Shown: positions 1 through 9,270, counted from the stretch's first letter. The stretch: DNA of 60,046 nucleotides from Ilumatobacteraceae bacterium (GCA_051005355.1 JBPCJL010000105.1:1-60046), one strand, 5' to 3'. Notes: generated by a model not told the origin, from the letters alone. Translations and numbers: made by a program.

Positions 1-379
1 GCTCCAGCTCGAAGCCGAGCTGCGGCTCGAAGCCGATCGCCCGCCAGCCGTCGACGGCGCGGCCGAGCGCGGCGCGATGGCAGATGGCCAACGTTCCGTC
101 GCCGTAGCGCAGCTCGCACACGGCGACGTCGGTCTCCGGTTCCCAGCCCGGACGTCGCGAGTCCTCCAGCGGGACGGCGTCGAGGTCCGGGAAACCGGCG
201 TCCGATGCGTAGCCGGTGATGGGCAGGATCTCGCCCTGCGGCGTCATCGACAGCGTCGTCACGGCGTGGTGGGTGGCGTGGTCGAACTTGGCCGCCGGGA
301 TGTACCGGCCGTGCGTCAAGCCGTTCAAGTCGCTCCACACCGTCCGGATCCGGCGGTTGCCGGTGTTGCCACGTAGCAC
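1..379 (-). CDS. Glutamine synthetase-like gamma-glutamyl ligase, N-terminal part only (gene continues beyond the left edge)
   Basis: Not in the ORF track because there is no stop in the window. Hand translation of the minus strand from GTG 379-377 gives VLRGNTGNRRIRTVWSDLNGLTHGRYIPAAKFDHATHH...GWRAIGFEPQLGFELE. That resembles the GS beta-grasp N-domain followed by the G-x-E-x-E start of the catalytic domain. GGAGGG lies 6 nt upstream. The start is 1 nt after the stop of the upstream oxygenase gene. Confidence 0.6.
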   Translation of the reverse strand, partial: MLRGNTGNRRIRTVWSDLNGLTHGRYIPAAKFDHATHHAVTTLSMTPQGEILPITGYASDAGFPDLDAVPLEDSRRPGWEPETDVAVCELRYGDGTLAICHRAALGRAVDGWRAIGFEPQLGFELE

Positions 380-380
380 G

Positions 381-1349
381 TCACACCCTCCTGGCGTCTT
401 CGACGAGGTTGATCTGGTACAGCACCTCGTCGAGCGCGTCGGCGGCGGTGATCGAGGCGACGCGGAGCGGGTGCTCGGGCGTCACGCACGTCGGCACCGG
501 CGTCAGCACGGTCCACGGCCGGGGGTGGCAGAACTGCACCACGCTGTACCGCTCGCCTTCGAAGCCCGGCGCGGCCACGACCCGGTGCCAGCCGATCGGG
601 ATCTGGCCGTTGGTCAGGCGCTCCAACATGATCCCGGTGTTGATGATCACCTGACCCTCCGGCGCAACAGCGTCGACCCAATCGTCGTCGACGCGCACCT
701 GCAGACCGGGCGCCGTGGCCCGTGGCAGCGCCGTGATCAGGTTGATGTCGCCGTGTTGGCCGGCCCATTCGTACTGGCCGCTGTCGGGCACCTCGTACAT
801 CGGCGGGTAGCGAATGGCGCGGGTCAGCGTGGGGCCGTCCGTGACCATCTCGTCGAAGAACGACTCGTGACAGCCGATGCCCTCGGCGATCACACGGAGG
901 AAGCGCCGCTGCAGGTCGGCGATCGTGTCGTGGAACTCGTAGAGCACCTTGGTGATGCCGGGCACGGTCGTCTCCGGCAGCGTCTGCTCCGGATAGGCGT
1001 GGGGGAACTTGCGGCGCAGCGGGTGCCCGGCCGGGATCGGCGTCGACCAGTTGAGCATCTCCTTCCAGTCCGGTTGATCGCTCGACGCGGCCGTCTCGAC
1101 GAGCAGCCCCGTGTAGCCGGTCTGGCCGTTGGCCCCGGGCGCCACCCACTGCTGCTTGTCCTCGGCAGAGGTCTGGAAGAACTCGACCAGCATCCCGTAC
1201 GCCGTGTCGAGCAGGTCCTCCGAGAGGTCCGAGCGGGCGTACACGAACCCGGTCTCCAGGCTGCGCCGGACGCCGTCGACGACGGCCCGGCGCTCCTCCG
1301 GCGTGCCCCGCTCGAACGCCAGCAGATCGACGTCGAGGATCTCCGACAT
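381..1349 (-). CDS. 2-oxoglutarate/Fe(II)-dependent oxygenase (isopenicillin N synthase-like family)
   Basis: C-terminal 322 codons of ORF 381..2075(-), starting at MSEILDVDLLAFERG (ATG 1349-1347). HxD in QHGDINLITAL, distal His in GWHRV, and family-typical RAIRYPP. The upstream 242 codons of the track ORF are Arg-rich junk. Confidence 0.85.
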   Translation of the reverse strand: MSEILDVDLLAFERGTPEERRAVVDGVRRSLETGFVYARSDLSEDLLDTAYGMLVEFFQTSAEDKQQWVAPGANGQTGYTGLLVETAASSDQPDWKEMLNWSTPIPAGHPLRRKFPHAYPEQTLPETTVPGITKVLYEFHDTIADLQRRFLRVIAEGIGCHESFFDEMVTDGPTLTRAIRYPPMYEVPDSGQYEWAGQHGDINLITALPRATAPGLQVRVDDDWVDAVAPEGQVIINTGIMLERLTNGQIPIGWHRVVAAPGFEGERYSVVQFCHPRPWTVLTPVPTCVTPEHPLRVASITAADALDEVLYQINLVEDARRV

Positions 1350-1397
1350 TCCGGTCACGCTAGTGGTGCGTCGTCGGACGCCGATCAGGATGGGGGC

Positions 1398-2087
1398 GTG
1401 CCAAGCCAAGAGGCCACCCGCATCACCCTGCAGCAGCTCGCCGTGCACGTGCTGGCCCGGCGCCGCTTCGCGGTGACGGGTCGGTTCGGGCTGCGACCGT
1501 CGCCGGGCGGACTGGCCACGCCGGCGTTCGGTGATGAGATCGAGGTCGGGCGCATGGGTGGCGACCTGTTCGTGCACGAGCGTGGCGGCGAGGCGCGCGT
1601 CGAGCCGATCTCGACGTTGGCGGCGGCGGCGGAGCTGGTCGGCGCCGACCTGTCGGCCGACTTCTCGGTCGGTGGCGACACGCCGGCCCTCGGCCCGGTC
1701 GACGACCCGCTCGGGATCGACGGCGGTCAGGTCCGGGCGCTCGGCGCGTGGTGGGCGTTCGGGGTCGAGGTCATCGATCACGTCGTGGGGACCGGTCCGT
1801 GGCGCGCCGGAGCCACGACGCTGCAGCTGTGGCCCGAGCACTTCGACGTCGGCGGTGCGGTCACCGTCGGTGGCACCAGCGTCAACGTCGGCGCGTCGCC
1901 CGGCGACGGGCACGAGCCGGCGCCGTACCTCTACATCGGCCCGACCACGGCCGATCGGCCGGGCGACGCGGCGTATTGGAACGCGCCGTTCGGGGCCGTG
2001 CTCCGATGGTCCGAGCTGAGCGGCCCGGCCGATCGTCAGGTCATCGCCGCCGACTTCCTCCGCCAAGGCCTCCAACAGTTCACCTGA
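1398..2087 (+). CDS. Conserved hypothetical protein
   Basis: 3' third of ORF 216..2087(+). It reads as a real protein (GRFGLRPSPGGLATPAF, LQLWPEHFDVG, PAPYLYIGP), whereas the 5' part is antisense to the oxygenase. Start is uncertain: GTG 1398 with AGGA upstream, or alternatives GTG 1443 and ATG ~1553. Confidence 0.5.
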   Translation: MPSQEATRITLQQLAVHVLARRRFAVTGRFGLRPSPGGLATPAFGDEIEVGRMGGDLFVHERGGEARVEPISTLAAAAELVGADLSADFSVGGDTPALGPVDDPLGIDGGQVRALGAWWAFGVEVIDHVVGTGPWRAGATTLQLWPEHFDVGGAVTVGGTSVNVGASPGDGHEPAPYLYIGPTTADRPGDAAYWNAPFGAVLRWSELSGPADRQVIAADFLRQGLQQFT

Positions 2088-2120
2088 CCGCCTGATCGCT
2101 CATCGCAGTCCCAACTACCG

Positions 2121-2223
2121 CAATGACCGTTCGGCCCGTGCCGCAGTGGGCATGAGAGCCCAGGCCGGCCTTGCCCGGCCCAGGCCGAGGAGCGAAGTCT
2201 TCGGAGCGATCGAGGCCATCAGA
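2121..2223. repeat. Inverted-repeat copy 1 (~103 bp), partner of 4140..4243
   Basis: The reverse complement of 2121..2223 aligns by hand to 4140..4243. The first ~63 nt differ at 5 positions (tctgatGgcctcgatcgctccgaagactTcgctcctcggcCtgggccggGcaaggccggcct), there is a divergent ~10 nt core, and similarity then resumes to acggtcattg. Confidence 0.8.
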
Positions 2224-3226
2224 CAAAGACGCCGGGGAGCCCGCCGGTGTGCAGGAACACGACGTCGGTGCCGGGACCCCACCGGCCGCTGGCGGCGTTG
2301 CCGAGGAGCCCGGCGAAGCCCTTGCCGCTGTAGGTGTCGTCGAGGACCCAACCCCCGTGGACGGCGCCCCAGCGGATCGCCTCGGCGCCGGCCGCAGTGG
2401 GGACGCCGTAGTCACTGCCCATCCAGCGGGTGTCGACCTCGACGTCCGCTTCGTGCACGAGACCCGGCGCCGCTTCGACCCGGGCCAGCGCTTCACCGGC
2501 CAGCGCCCGCACGCCCGGGAACCCGGCGACGACGCCCTTGGCGACACCGATGGCCAGGATGTCCGGCAGCGCATCGTGGCCGACCGACCGCAGCAGCGCT
2601 CGACCGGCGACCAGACCGGCGTGGGTCCCGCCGCTCGACGACGTGTGGACCACCGTCGCCGGACGCACGCCCATGGCCGCACACTGCTCCACCAGCTCGA
2701 CGTAGGCGACGACGTAGCCGAGCGCGCCGGTCGCCGTGCTCCCGCCGATCGGGATGGCGTACGGCGCCGCACCGGCGGCCGCCAGCTCGTCGGTCAGCTG
2801 CTCGCGGGCGATCTCCAGCTCGCCCCAGTGGTGCGGCGGGCAGCCGACGAAGTGCAGCTGGGCGCCGAAACGCTGTGACAGCAACACGTTGCCGGTCAGG
2901 CGAGCCGGCCGCGATCCCGACAGCACGAGGTGGACCTCGAGGCCGAGCACGGCACCGGCGGCAGCCGTCATCCGGCAGTGGTTGGACTGCGCGGCACCCA
3001 CCGTGACGAGCGATCGTGCGCCGGCGGCCAGCGCCTCGGCGCACAGGAACTCCAGCTTGCGCGCCTTGTTGCCGCCGGCACCGAGCCCGGTCAGATCGTC
3101 GCGCTTGACCCACAGGCGCGCCCCACCGGGAAGCCCCGGTCCCCGTTCGAGCGGCGTCGGCAGCGTGGCCAGCCTCGAGCGCGGCAGGGCGTTGAGCCGC
3201 GCGAGGGCTTCGGTCGCTTGAGGCAT
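2219..3226 (-). CDS. PLP-dependent ACC deaminase / D-cysteine desulfhydrase family protein
   Basis: ORF 2219..3424(-) trimmed to MPQATEALARLNALP (ATG 3226-3224). PLP-lysine motif GGNKARKLEFL, TVGAAQSNH, and C-terminal GGLPGVF. Confidence 0.85.
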   Translation of the reverse strand: MPQATEALARLNALPRSRLATLPTPLERGPGLPGGARLWVKRDDLTGLGAGGNKARKLEFLCAEALAAGARSLVTVGAAQSNHCRMTAAAGAVLGLEVHLVLSGSRPARLTGNVLLSQRFGAQLHFVGCPPHHWGELEIAREQLTDELAAAGAAPYAIPIGGSTATGALGYVVAYVELVEQCAAMGVRPATVVHTSSSGGTHAGLVAGRALLRSVGHDALPDILAIGVAKGVVAGFPGVRALAGEALARVEAAPGLVHEADVEVDTRWMGSDYGVPTAAGAEAIRWGAVHGGWVLDDTYSGKGFAGLLGNAASGRWGPGTDVVFLHTGGLPGVFV

Positions 3227-3281
3227 GTGGCCGACAGTGTGGCGCACGCTCGGACGTGGCGAACCGCGGAAGACTGCGCTG

Positions 3282-4139
3282 GTGGCGGGTCGGCGGGAGG
3301 TCCTCATTGGCGCGGCCGGCGCTGCGCTGTGGCTCGCCGGGTGCCGATCCGGCGGGTCGACGGCGCCGTCATCGACGCCAACATCAGCCCGCGCGGGCGG
3401 CGATGCTGCTGCGGTGCAGACCATCCGCTACGGCGATCATCCCGCCCAGTTCGTCGAGCTGACGCGGCCGGCCGGCGGCACGCCAGCGCCGGTGGCAGTG
3501 GTGATCCACGGTGGGTTCTGGAAGCCGCAGTTCGACCTGTCCCTGGGCCGGCCGCTGGCGGCGACGCTGCCGGCGCACGGCTGGGCGGCGCTCAACATCG
3601 AGTATCGGCGGGTCGGCGACGGCGGTGGCTACCCGTCGACGCTCGACGATGTCGGGGCGGCCATCGATGCGCTGGCTGACGTCGAGGGCGCCCGGCTCGA
3701 CCTGTCGACCGTCGTCACCATCGGCCACTCCGCCGGCGGCCACCTGGCGGCGTGGGCAGCGACACGTGACGACCCGGCGGTGCCCGTCACGGCCGTGATC
3801 CCGCAGGCCGGCGTGCTCGATCTCCGCCAGGCGGCGCGGGACGGCCTCGGCGGCGGGGCGGCGCAAGCGCTTCTCGGCGGCGACCCGGGCGAGGTCGGTG
3901 CGCGCTACGACGACGCCAGCCCCATCGAGCACCTGCCCCTCGGCGTGCCGATCCGCTGCATTCACGGGCGGGCGGACGACATCGTGCCGCTCGCCCAGAG
4001 CGAGTCGTTCGTCGACGCCGCCCTTGCCGCCGGCGACGACGCCGAGCTGGCCGTCGTCGAGGGCGACCACTTCGTCGTGATCGACCCGGAGAGCGAAGCC
4101 TGGGCCACCGTCCAGCGCTGGCTCGAAGAGCTGCGCTGA
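3282..4139 (+). CDS. Secreted alpha/beta hydrolase (esterase/lipase-like) with Tat-lipoprotein signal
   Basis: ORF 3225..4139(+). HGGFW oxyanion motif and GHSAGG nucleophile elbow. GTG 3282 gives MAGRREVLIGAAGAALWLAGC (twin-Arg plus LAGC lipobox). The alternative ATG 3225 would overlap the divergent start codon at 3226 within CATG. Confidence 0.8.
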   Translation: MAGRREVLIGAAGAALWLAGCRSGGSTAPSSTPTSARAGGDAAAVQTIRYGDHPAQFVELTRPAGGTPAPVAVVIHGGFWKPQFDLSLGRPLAATLPAHGWAALNIEYRRVGDGGGYPSTLDDVGAAIDALADVEGARLDLSTVVTIGHSAGGHLAAWAATRDDPAVPVTAVIPQAGVLDLRQAARDGLGGGAAQALLGGDPGEVGARYDDASPIEHLPLGVPIRCIHGRADDIVPLAQSESFVDAALAAGDDAELAVVEGDHFVVIDPESEAWATVQRWLEELR

Positions 4140-4243
4140 TCTGATCGCCTCGATCGCTCCGAAGACTCCGCTCCTCGGCGTGGGCCGGACAAGGCCGGCC
4201 TCGACTGCACGCCTCACTGCGGCATGAGCCAAGACGGTCATTG
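4140..4243. repeat. Inverted-repeat copy 2 (~104 bp), partner of 2121..2223
   Basis: Begins immediately after the TGA of the hydrolase gene. See copy 1. Contains a GC hairpin, ggccgg-acaagg-ccggcc. Confidence 0.8.
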
Positions 4244-4305
4244 ACCTCACCCAATTGTGAAGGGGTCACTTGACAACTGGCGCTCGGGCGGGTGATCGTG
4301 AAGGG

Positions 4306-4905
4306 ATGCCTTCACGTCGTCGGGTGCCACGGGCCGAGCAACGTCGGGTCATCACGGACGTGCGGGTCCTCGCCGCCCTCGGCCATCCTGTGCGTGCCCG
4401 GCTCCTCGGCCACCTGGTCGAGCTGGGGCCGAGCACGGCGACGGAGTGCGCCGCCGACGCGGGCGTGTCACCCTCGGCGTGCAGCTACCACCTGCGCCAC
4501 CTCGAGCGGTTCGGGCTCGTCGAGCGGGTCCAGGACGCCAGCGACGGCCGGAACCGACCGTGGCGGGCGGTCGCCACGGGCTACTCGATCGGACCGTCGC
4601 CGAGCACCCATGACATCGTCACCCGCACGGCGACCTTCGCCGCCGTCAGCGCCAGCGTCGCCGCCACCAACGACTTGGCCGAGACCTTCCTGGCCGGCGT
4701 GCTGGCGCTGTCCGACGAATGGCAGGACGCGGCGGAGTTCAACAGCTACGGCCTCGCCGTCGACGCCGACGAACTGCGCACGTTGACGGCGGCCATCGAC
4801 GCCCTCGTGCGGCCGTACCTCGCGGCGACGCGCACCGACGCGCCGCCAGGCGCCCGCAACGTCCACGTCACCGTGCAGGCCTTTCCTCGCGACGTCCCTC
4901 GATGA
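4306..4905 (+). CDS. ArsR-family winged-helix transcriptional regulator
   Basis: ORF 4270..4905(+). The wHTH segment is VLAALGHPVRARLLGHLVELGPSTATECAADAGVSPSACSYHLRHLERFGLV. ATG 4306 is preferred over TTG 4270 (gtgaaggg upstream). Confidence 0.8.
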   Translation: MPSRRRVPRAEQRRVITDVRVLAALGHPVRARLLGHLVELGPSTATECAADAGVSPSACSYHLRHLERFGLVERVQDASDGRNRPWRAVATGYSIGPSPSTHDIVTRTATFAAVSASVAATNDLAETFLAGVLALSDEWQDAAEFNSYGLAVDADELRTLTAAIDALVRPYLAATRTDAPPGARNVHVTVQAFPRDVPR

Positions 4906-6161
4906 TGCGGGGTCCCTGGCGCCACCGCGACTTCCGGTTGATCTGGGCCGGCGGACTGGTCAACGACACCGGCGACTGGCTGCTGATGGTCGCCCTGCCC
5001 GCCTACGTGCTCGTCGAGACGGGCTCTGGGCTGACCACCGCCCTCCTGGTCCTCGCCCAGCTCGTCCCCACCGCGCTGCTCGGCTCGCACCTGGGCAACC
5101 TCGTCGACCGCTGGGACCTCCGCCGGACGGTGGTGGCCACCAACGTCGCTCAAGCCGTCACGCTCCTGCCGCTGCTCGCCGTGACCGCCGATCGGACCTG
5201 GCCGGCGTTCGTCGTGGCGGGCGCCCAATCGGTGCTCACGCGGTTCAACAACCCGGCCAACGCCGCCCTGCTCGTGCGGGTCGTGCCACCGGCGGAGCTC
5301 GGCGCCGCCAACGCGGCGCGCGCGGCGAGCGAGAACGTGGCCCGTCTGGTCGGTTCGCCGCTCGGGGGCATCGTCGTTGCCGTTGGTGGCCTGCCCGCAG
5401 TCGTCGTCGTCGACGGCCTGAGCTTCCTGTGCGTCGCCCTGGCGACGGCGGCCGTGCGGGCCGACGCTTCTCCTGCGCCTCGTCACGACGAAGCCGGCAT
5501 CGACGCGAGGCGAACTGCGGCCGGGTTGCGCGTCCTCGCCCGCACCCGTCCGTTCCCGGCGCTGCTGGCGACGATGACGATCTCCCAGGTCGCCCAGGGC
5601 ATGTTCGTCGTGCTGTTCCTGGTGTTCGTCGTGCGTCGCCTGGGCGGCGGCGAAGCGGACGTCGGGATGGTCCGCGGCATGCAGGCCGTCGGCGGCATCC
5701 TCGGCGGGCTGCTCCTGGCCCGCCGGCTGTCCAGCGCGCCGGTGGCCGCGCTGCTCGGTGTGGGGTTCGGTGGGATGGCGGCGTGGGGCTTCGTCATGTG
5801 GAACCTGCCCGGCCTCACCACGGCGATCGCCGTGTACGCGGTGGTGATGGCGCTGGCCGGGCCGTTCGCCGTGACGTGCAGCGTCGGCGTGACCACCGGC
5901 GCGCAGGTGTTCCCACCTCCCGGCTACCTCGGCCTGGGCGTCGGCACGCTCGAGGCGGCCGGGGCGATCGGCCAGGGCATCGGCGCGCTGGCCGCCGGCG
6001 TCCTCGTCGACCGGGTCGAACTGGCGTGGTTGCTCAACGGGCAGGCGATGCTCTACGTCGCGACGGCCGCCATCGGCTGGCGGTTCGTCCGCCGATCGCC
6101 GGACGATCAGCAACGTGCGGTCCCTGGGCACACCTCGGTCCTCGCCGACCGGGCATCATGA
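4902..6161 (+). CDS. MFS transporter
   Basis: ORF 4719..6161(+) trimmed to MMRGPWRHRDFRLIWAGGLV (ATG 4902). About 12 hydrophobic segments. ATGA overlap with the ArsR stop suggests a co-translated pair. Confidence 0.85.
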   Translation: MMRGPWRHRDFRLIWAGGLVNDTGDWLLMVALPAYVLVETGSGLTTALLVLAQLVPTALLGSHLGNLVDRWDLRRTVVATNVAQAVTLLPLLAVTADRTWPAFVVAGAQSVLTRFNNPANAALLVRVVPPAELGAANAARAASENVARLVGSPLGGIVVAVGGLPAVVVVDGLSFLCVALATAAVRADASPAPRHDEAGIDARRTAAGLRVLARTRPFPALLATMTISQVAQGMFVVLFLVFVVRRLGGGEADVGMVRGMQAVGGILGGLLLARRLSSAPVAALLGVGFGGMAAWGFVMWNLPGLTTAIAVYAVVMALAGPFAVTCSVGVTTGAQVFPPPGYLGLGVGTLEAAGAIGQGIGALAAGVLVDRVELAWLLNGQAMLYVATAAIGWRFVRRSPDDQQRAVPGHTSVLADRAS

Positions 6162-6170
6162 CGACCCGGG

Positions 6171-6830
6171 ATGCCGAGCACCGACTGGAACCCGATCCTG
6201 CGCGCCGAGCTGGCCAAGCCGTACTGGCCCGACCTGCAGGCGTTCGTCTCCGCTGAGCGCGAGCGCAACACCGTCTACCCGCCCGCCGACGAGGTGTTCG
6301 CCGCCCTGCACCTGACGCCGTTCGCCGAGACCCGGGTCCTGATCCCCGGCCAGGACCCGTACCACGGGCCGCGCCAGGCCCACGGCCTGTGCTTCTCGGT
6401 GCGCCGCGGTGTCCCTGCGCCGCCGTCGCTGGCCAACATCCATCGAGAGCTCGAGACGGACGTCGGCGTCCCCAAGCCGGACCACGGGAACCTCGAAGCC
6501 TGGGCCGTGCAGGGCGTGCTGCTGCTCAACTCGACGCTGACCGTGCGCGCCGGGCAGGCGGCGTCGCACCAGGATCACGGCTGGGAGACGTTCACCGACG
6601 AGGTCATCCGCGCCGTCGCCGCCAAGGATGACCACGTGGTGTTCATCCTCTGGGGCACCCACGCCCGCAAGAAGCAGGCGCTGATCGACACCACCCGCCA
6701 CACGATCATCGAGTCGGCCCACCCGTCGCCACTGTCCGCGCACAACGGCTTCTTCGGCTCCCGCCCGTTCTCGCGCGCCAACGCCGCCCTCGTGACCGCC
6801 GGCCGAGACCCCATCGATTGGCGCCTCTGA
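6171..6830 (+). CDS. ung: Uracil-DNA glycosylase, family 1
   Basis: GQDPYHGPRQAHGLCFSV (water-activating loop), LLLNSTLTV, and HPSPLSAHNGFFG (Leu-intercalation loop/His). Length is 219 aa. Confidence 0.95.
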   Translation: MPSTDWNPILRAELAKPYWPDLQAFVSAERERNTVYPPADEVFAALHLTPFAETRVLIPGQDPYHGPRQAHGLCFSVRRGVPAPPSLANIHRELETDVGVPKPDHGNLEAWAVQGVLLLNSTLTVRAGQAASHQDHGWETFTDEVIRAVAAKDDHVVFILWGTHARKKQALIDTTRHTIIESAHPSPLSAHNGFFGSRPFSRANAALVTAGRDPIDWRL

Positions 6831-6884
6831 TCGATTCCATGGCGCGATCGATACCCGTACGGGTACCGAAGTGTCGTCAGAACG

Positions 6885-9233
6885 TCAGGTGAGGCGGGCG
6901 ACGGGTTGCAGATCACGTGACGACCGTCCGACGAGCACGACGTACTCACCGTCTTGGACCGTCCAGTCGCCGTCGATCCAGGAGGCGAACGAGCGCCGAT
7001 CGAGCTCGATGCGCACCCGCTGTTCAGCGCCCGCTTCGAGGTCGACACGAGCGAACCCGGCGAGCTGTCGGCGGGGCCGGTCCGCATCACCCCCCGCCGG
7101 CTCGATGTACACCTGCACCACGTCGCTTCCGGCCCGTCCACCGGTGTTCCTGACCGTCACCTCGACGCTGGCGCCGTGTTCGGCACCGCCCTCGATGACT
7201 GGCGCGTCCAGCTCGAACGTCGTGTAGCCGAGCCCGAACCCGAACGGGAACAGCGGCTCGATCTCCTCCCGGTCGTACCAGCGGTGGCCGATCAGCAGGC
7301 CCTCGCCGTAGACGGCGCGGCCGTCTTTGCCCGGATGGTGGGCGAAGGCCGGCGTGTCGTCCAGCCGTCGCGGAAACGTGATCGGCAGTCGCCCACCCGG
7401 CTCGGACTCCCCGGTCAGCACGTCGACCAGGGCGTCACCGATCTCCTGACCTGGGAACCACAGCTGTAGAACCGCTGGCACGTCGTCGAGCCACGGCATC
7501 GTGACCGGCGACCCGGTGTTGAGGACCACGACGGTCTGCGGGTTGGCGGCAACCACGGTGCGCACCAGCTCGTCCTGGTCACCCGGCAGCTCCAGCGCGG
7601 TGCGGTCCTCGCCCTCGGTCTCCCAGTCGTCGTCCGTGCCGACGATGACGACGGCGACGTCGGCGTCCGCAGCGAGCGCCGCCGCCCGTTCGAGGTGGTC
7701 GCCCGGCGGCACGGGTCGGGCGCCGACGACGAGGCCGCGCACGATGTCGTCCGCCCCGGCCGGGTAGTCGACGGTCAGCTCGTACGGGCGGTCCTCGAGC
7801 GTGAGGGTGGTGCGGATCTCCGGGCTGCCGAGTCCGAAGAAGGCGCCGCCGCGCTCCACCTCAGGGAGCTCGATCACCGTCTCACCGTCGAGCCCGACGG
7901 TCGCCACGCCGACGGATCGCAGGCCGAGCTCCCACTCGCCGGCGTGCTCGGGCTGGAACGTGCCGACGATGCGGGCACTGAACTTTCGCGGGTCAACGCC
8001 CGCCACCGGCGCCTTGTCCCAGAACCACGCCAACCGGCTGACGGTGCTGCGGCCGGCGCCACCCGATTCGTCGGCGAACTCGGCGGTGAAATGCCCGCGC
8101 ACCGCCGGCAGGTACTTGGCGATCGTGCCGCCTGGCTCGAACGTGACGTCCGCAAAGCGGGCCTGCAGCGCCTCGAGCGGGCCACGGCCGTGGTTGGGCT
8201 TGACCCGTGCGCTGCCGCCCCCTTGCAGCCGGCCGAAGCGTGCGTACGGTCCGATCAGCGCCACCCGACCGACCGTCGACGCCAGCGGCAACCGGTCGCC
8301 CCCGTTCTTCAGCAGCACCATCCCGCGCGTCGCTGCCGCCCGGATCACCTCGCGCGTCTCCGGATCGTCGGCGGTCTCCTCCGTCGTCTTCGCGTCCGCC
8401 GCCCGGGTCCAGTCGGCCAGCGCCAGCAGCCGGTCGCCGGCGACGTCCAGGTCGTGCTCGCCCACGGTGCCGTCTCGGACCTCGTCGAGCAGACGCTGGC
8501 CCCGTTGGCGCGCCGGTCCGGGCATCTCGAGGTCGAGCCCGGCCAGCAGCGACTCGCCGGCGCTGTGGCAGCCGTGCCAGTCGCTGATGACGACACCATC
8601 GAAGGCCCACTCGCCGCGCAGCACGTCGTTCAGGAGCCACGGGTGCTCGCCGCAGAACGTCCCGTTCAGTCGGTTGTAGCCGCTCATGACGGCCCGCACG
8701 TCGGCCCGCTTCACGGCCGCCTCGAACGGCAGGAGGTACAGCTCGCGCAGGACGCGTTCATCGATCTCGGATGAGATGCTCATCCGCTCGAACTCGGTGT
8801 CGTTGCCGGCGAAGTGCTTGATGCACGCCGCCACGCCCTCGGACTGCAGGCCCTCGATGTAGGCCACAGCCAGTTCGGCGGTCAGCACCGGGTCCTCGCT
8901 GAAGCACTCGAAGTTGCGGCCGCCGATCGGCGTGCGGTGCAGGTTGACGGTGGGGCCGAGCAGGACCTGGGCGCTCTTCGAGCGGGCCTCACGCCCGAGG
9001 GCTCGCCCGACGCGCCGCACGAGCTCGGGATCCCATGTCGCCCCCAGCGCGGCACCGCACGGGAACGACGCCGATGCGGCGCCGGTCCAAGACGTCCCGC
9101 GGACGCCGGCCGGACCGTCGGACATGCGGATCGCCGGCACCGGCGGGTCCTCGAAGCTGGCGGTGTGCCAGACGTCGGCGCCGGCCAGCAGCTCGACCTT
9201 CTGCTCGACGGACAGTTCCGCGGCGCGTACCAC
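6885..9233 (-). CDS. Glycoside hydrolase family 3 beta-glucosidase
   Basis: ORF 6885..9449(-). SDGPAGVR, KHFAGNDTE, GVVISDW (nucleophile Asp region), plus a C-terminal PA14/Fn3-like tail. Start trimmed to GTG 9233 (VVRAAELSVEQK) because the upstream 72 codons run through the non-coding 67-bp tandem repeat. Confidence 0.9.
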   Translation of the reverse strand: MVRAAELSVEQKVELLAGADVWHTASFEDPPVPAIRMSDGPAGVRGTSWTGAASASFPCGAALGATWDPELVRRVGRALGREARSKSAQVLLGPTVNLHRTPIGGRNFECFSEDPVLTAELAVAYIEGLQSEGVAACIKHFAGNDTEFERMSISSEIDERVLRELYLLPFEAAVKRADVRAVMSGYNRLNGTFCGEHPWLLNDVLRGEWAFDGVVISDWHGCHSAGESLLAGLDLEMPGPARQRGQRLLDEVRDGTVGEHDLDVAGDRLLALADWTRAADAKTTEETADDPETREVIRAAATRGMVLLKNGGDRLPLASTVGRVALIGPYARFGRLQGGGSARVKPNHGRGPLEALQARFADVTFEPGGTIAKYLPAVRGHFTAEFADESGGAGRSTVSRLAWFWDKAPVAGVDPRKFSARIVGTFQPEHAGEWELGLRSVGVATVGLDGETVIELPEVERGGAFFGLGSPEIRTTLTLEDRPYELTVDYPAGADDIVRGLVVGARPVPPGDHLERAAALAADADVAVVIVGTDDDWETEGEDRTALELPGDQDELVRTVVAANPQTVVVLNTGSPVTMPWLDDVPAVLQLWFPGQEIGDALVDVLTGESEPGGRLPITFPRRLDDTPAFAHHPGKDGRAVYGEGLLIGHRWYDREEIEPLFPFGFGLGYTTFELDAPVIEGGAEHGASVEVTVRNTGGRAGSDVVQVYIEPAGGDADRPRRQLAGFARVDLEAGAEQRVRIELDRRSFASWIDGDWTVQDGEYVVLVGRSSRDLQPVARLT

Positions 9234-9270
9234 GCCGCCGACCGTACTGGGAGGTGGAGTGGGCGCCAGT

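Noticed and set aside
216-1397. 5' two-thirds of the 623-codon plus-strand ORF 216..2087
   Set aside because: It is antisense to the well-supported 2OG oxygenase gene, and the translation is Arg/Gly/Val/Asp-rich without motifs. Only the 3' third, from about 1398, looks like a real protein.
2121-4243. Inverted repeats considered as ends of an IS element or composite transposon
   Set aside because: There is no transposase or integrase gene inside or nearby, and I could not see direct target duplications. The observation is kept only as a repeat-bracketed module under findings.
6852-6865. 14-bp perfect palindrome TACCCGTACGGGTA between the convergent ung and GH3 genes
   Set aside because: It could only form a ~5-bp stem with a 4-nt loop. 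That is too weak and too short to call a terminator or operator with any confidence.
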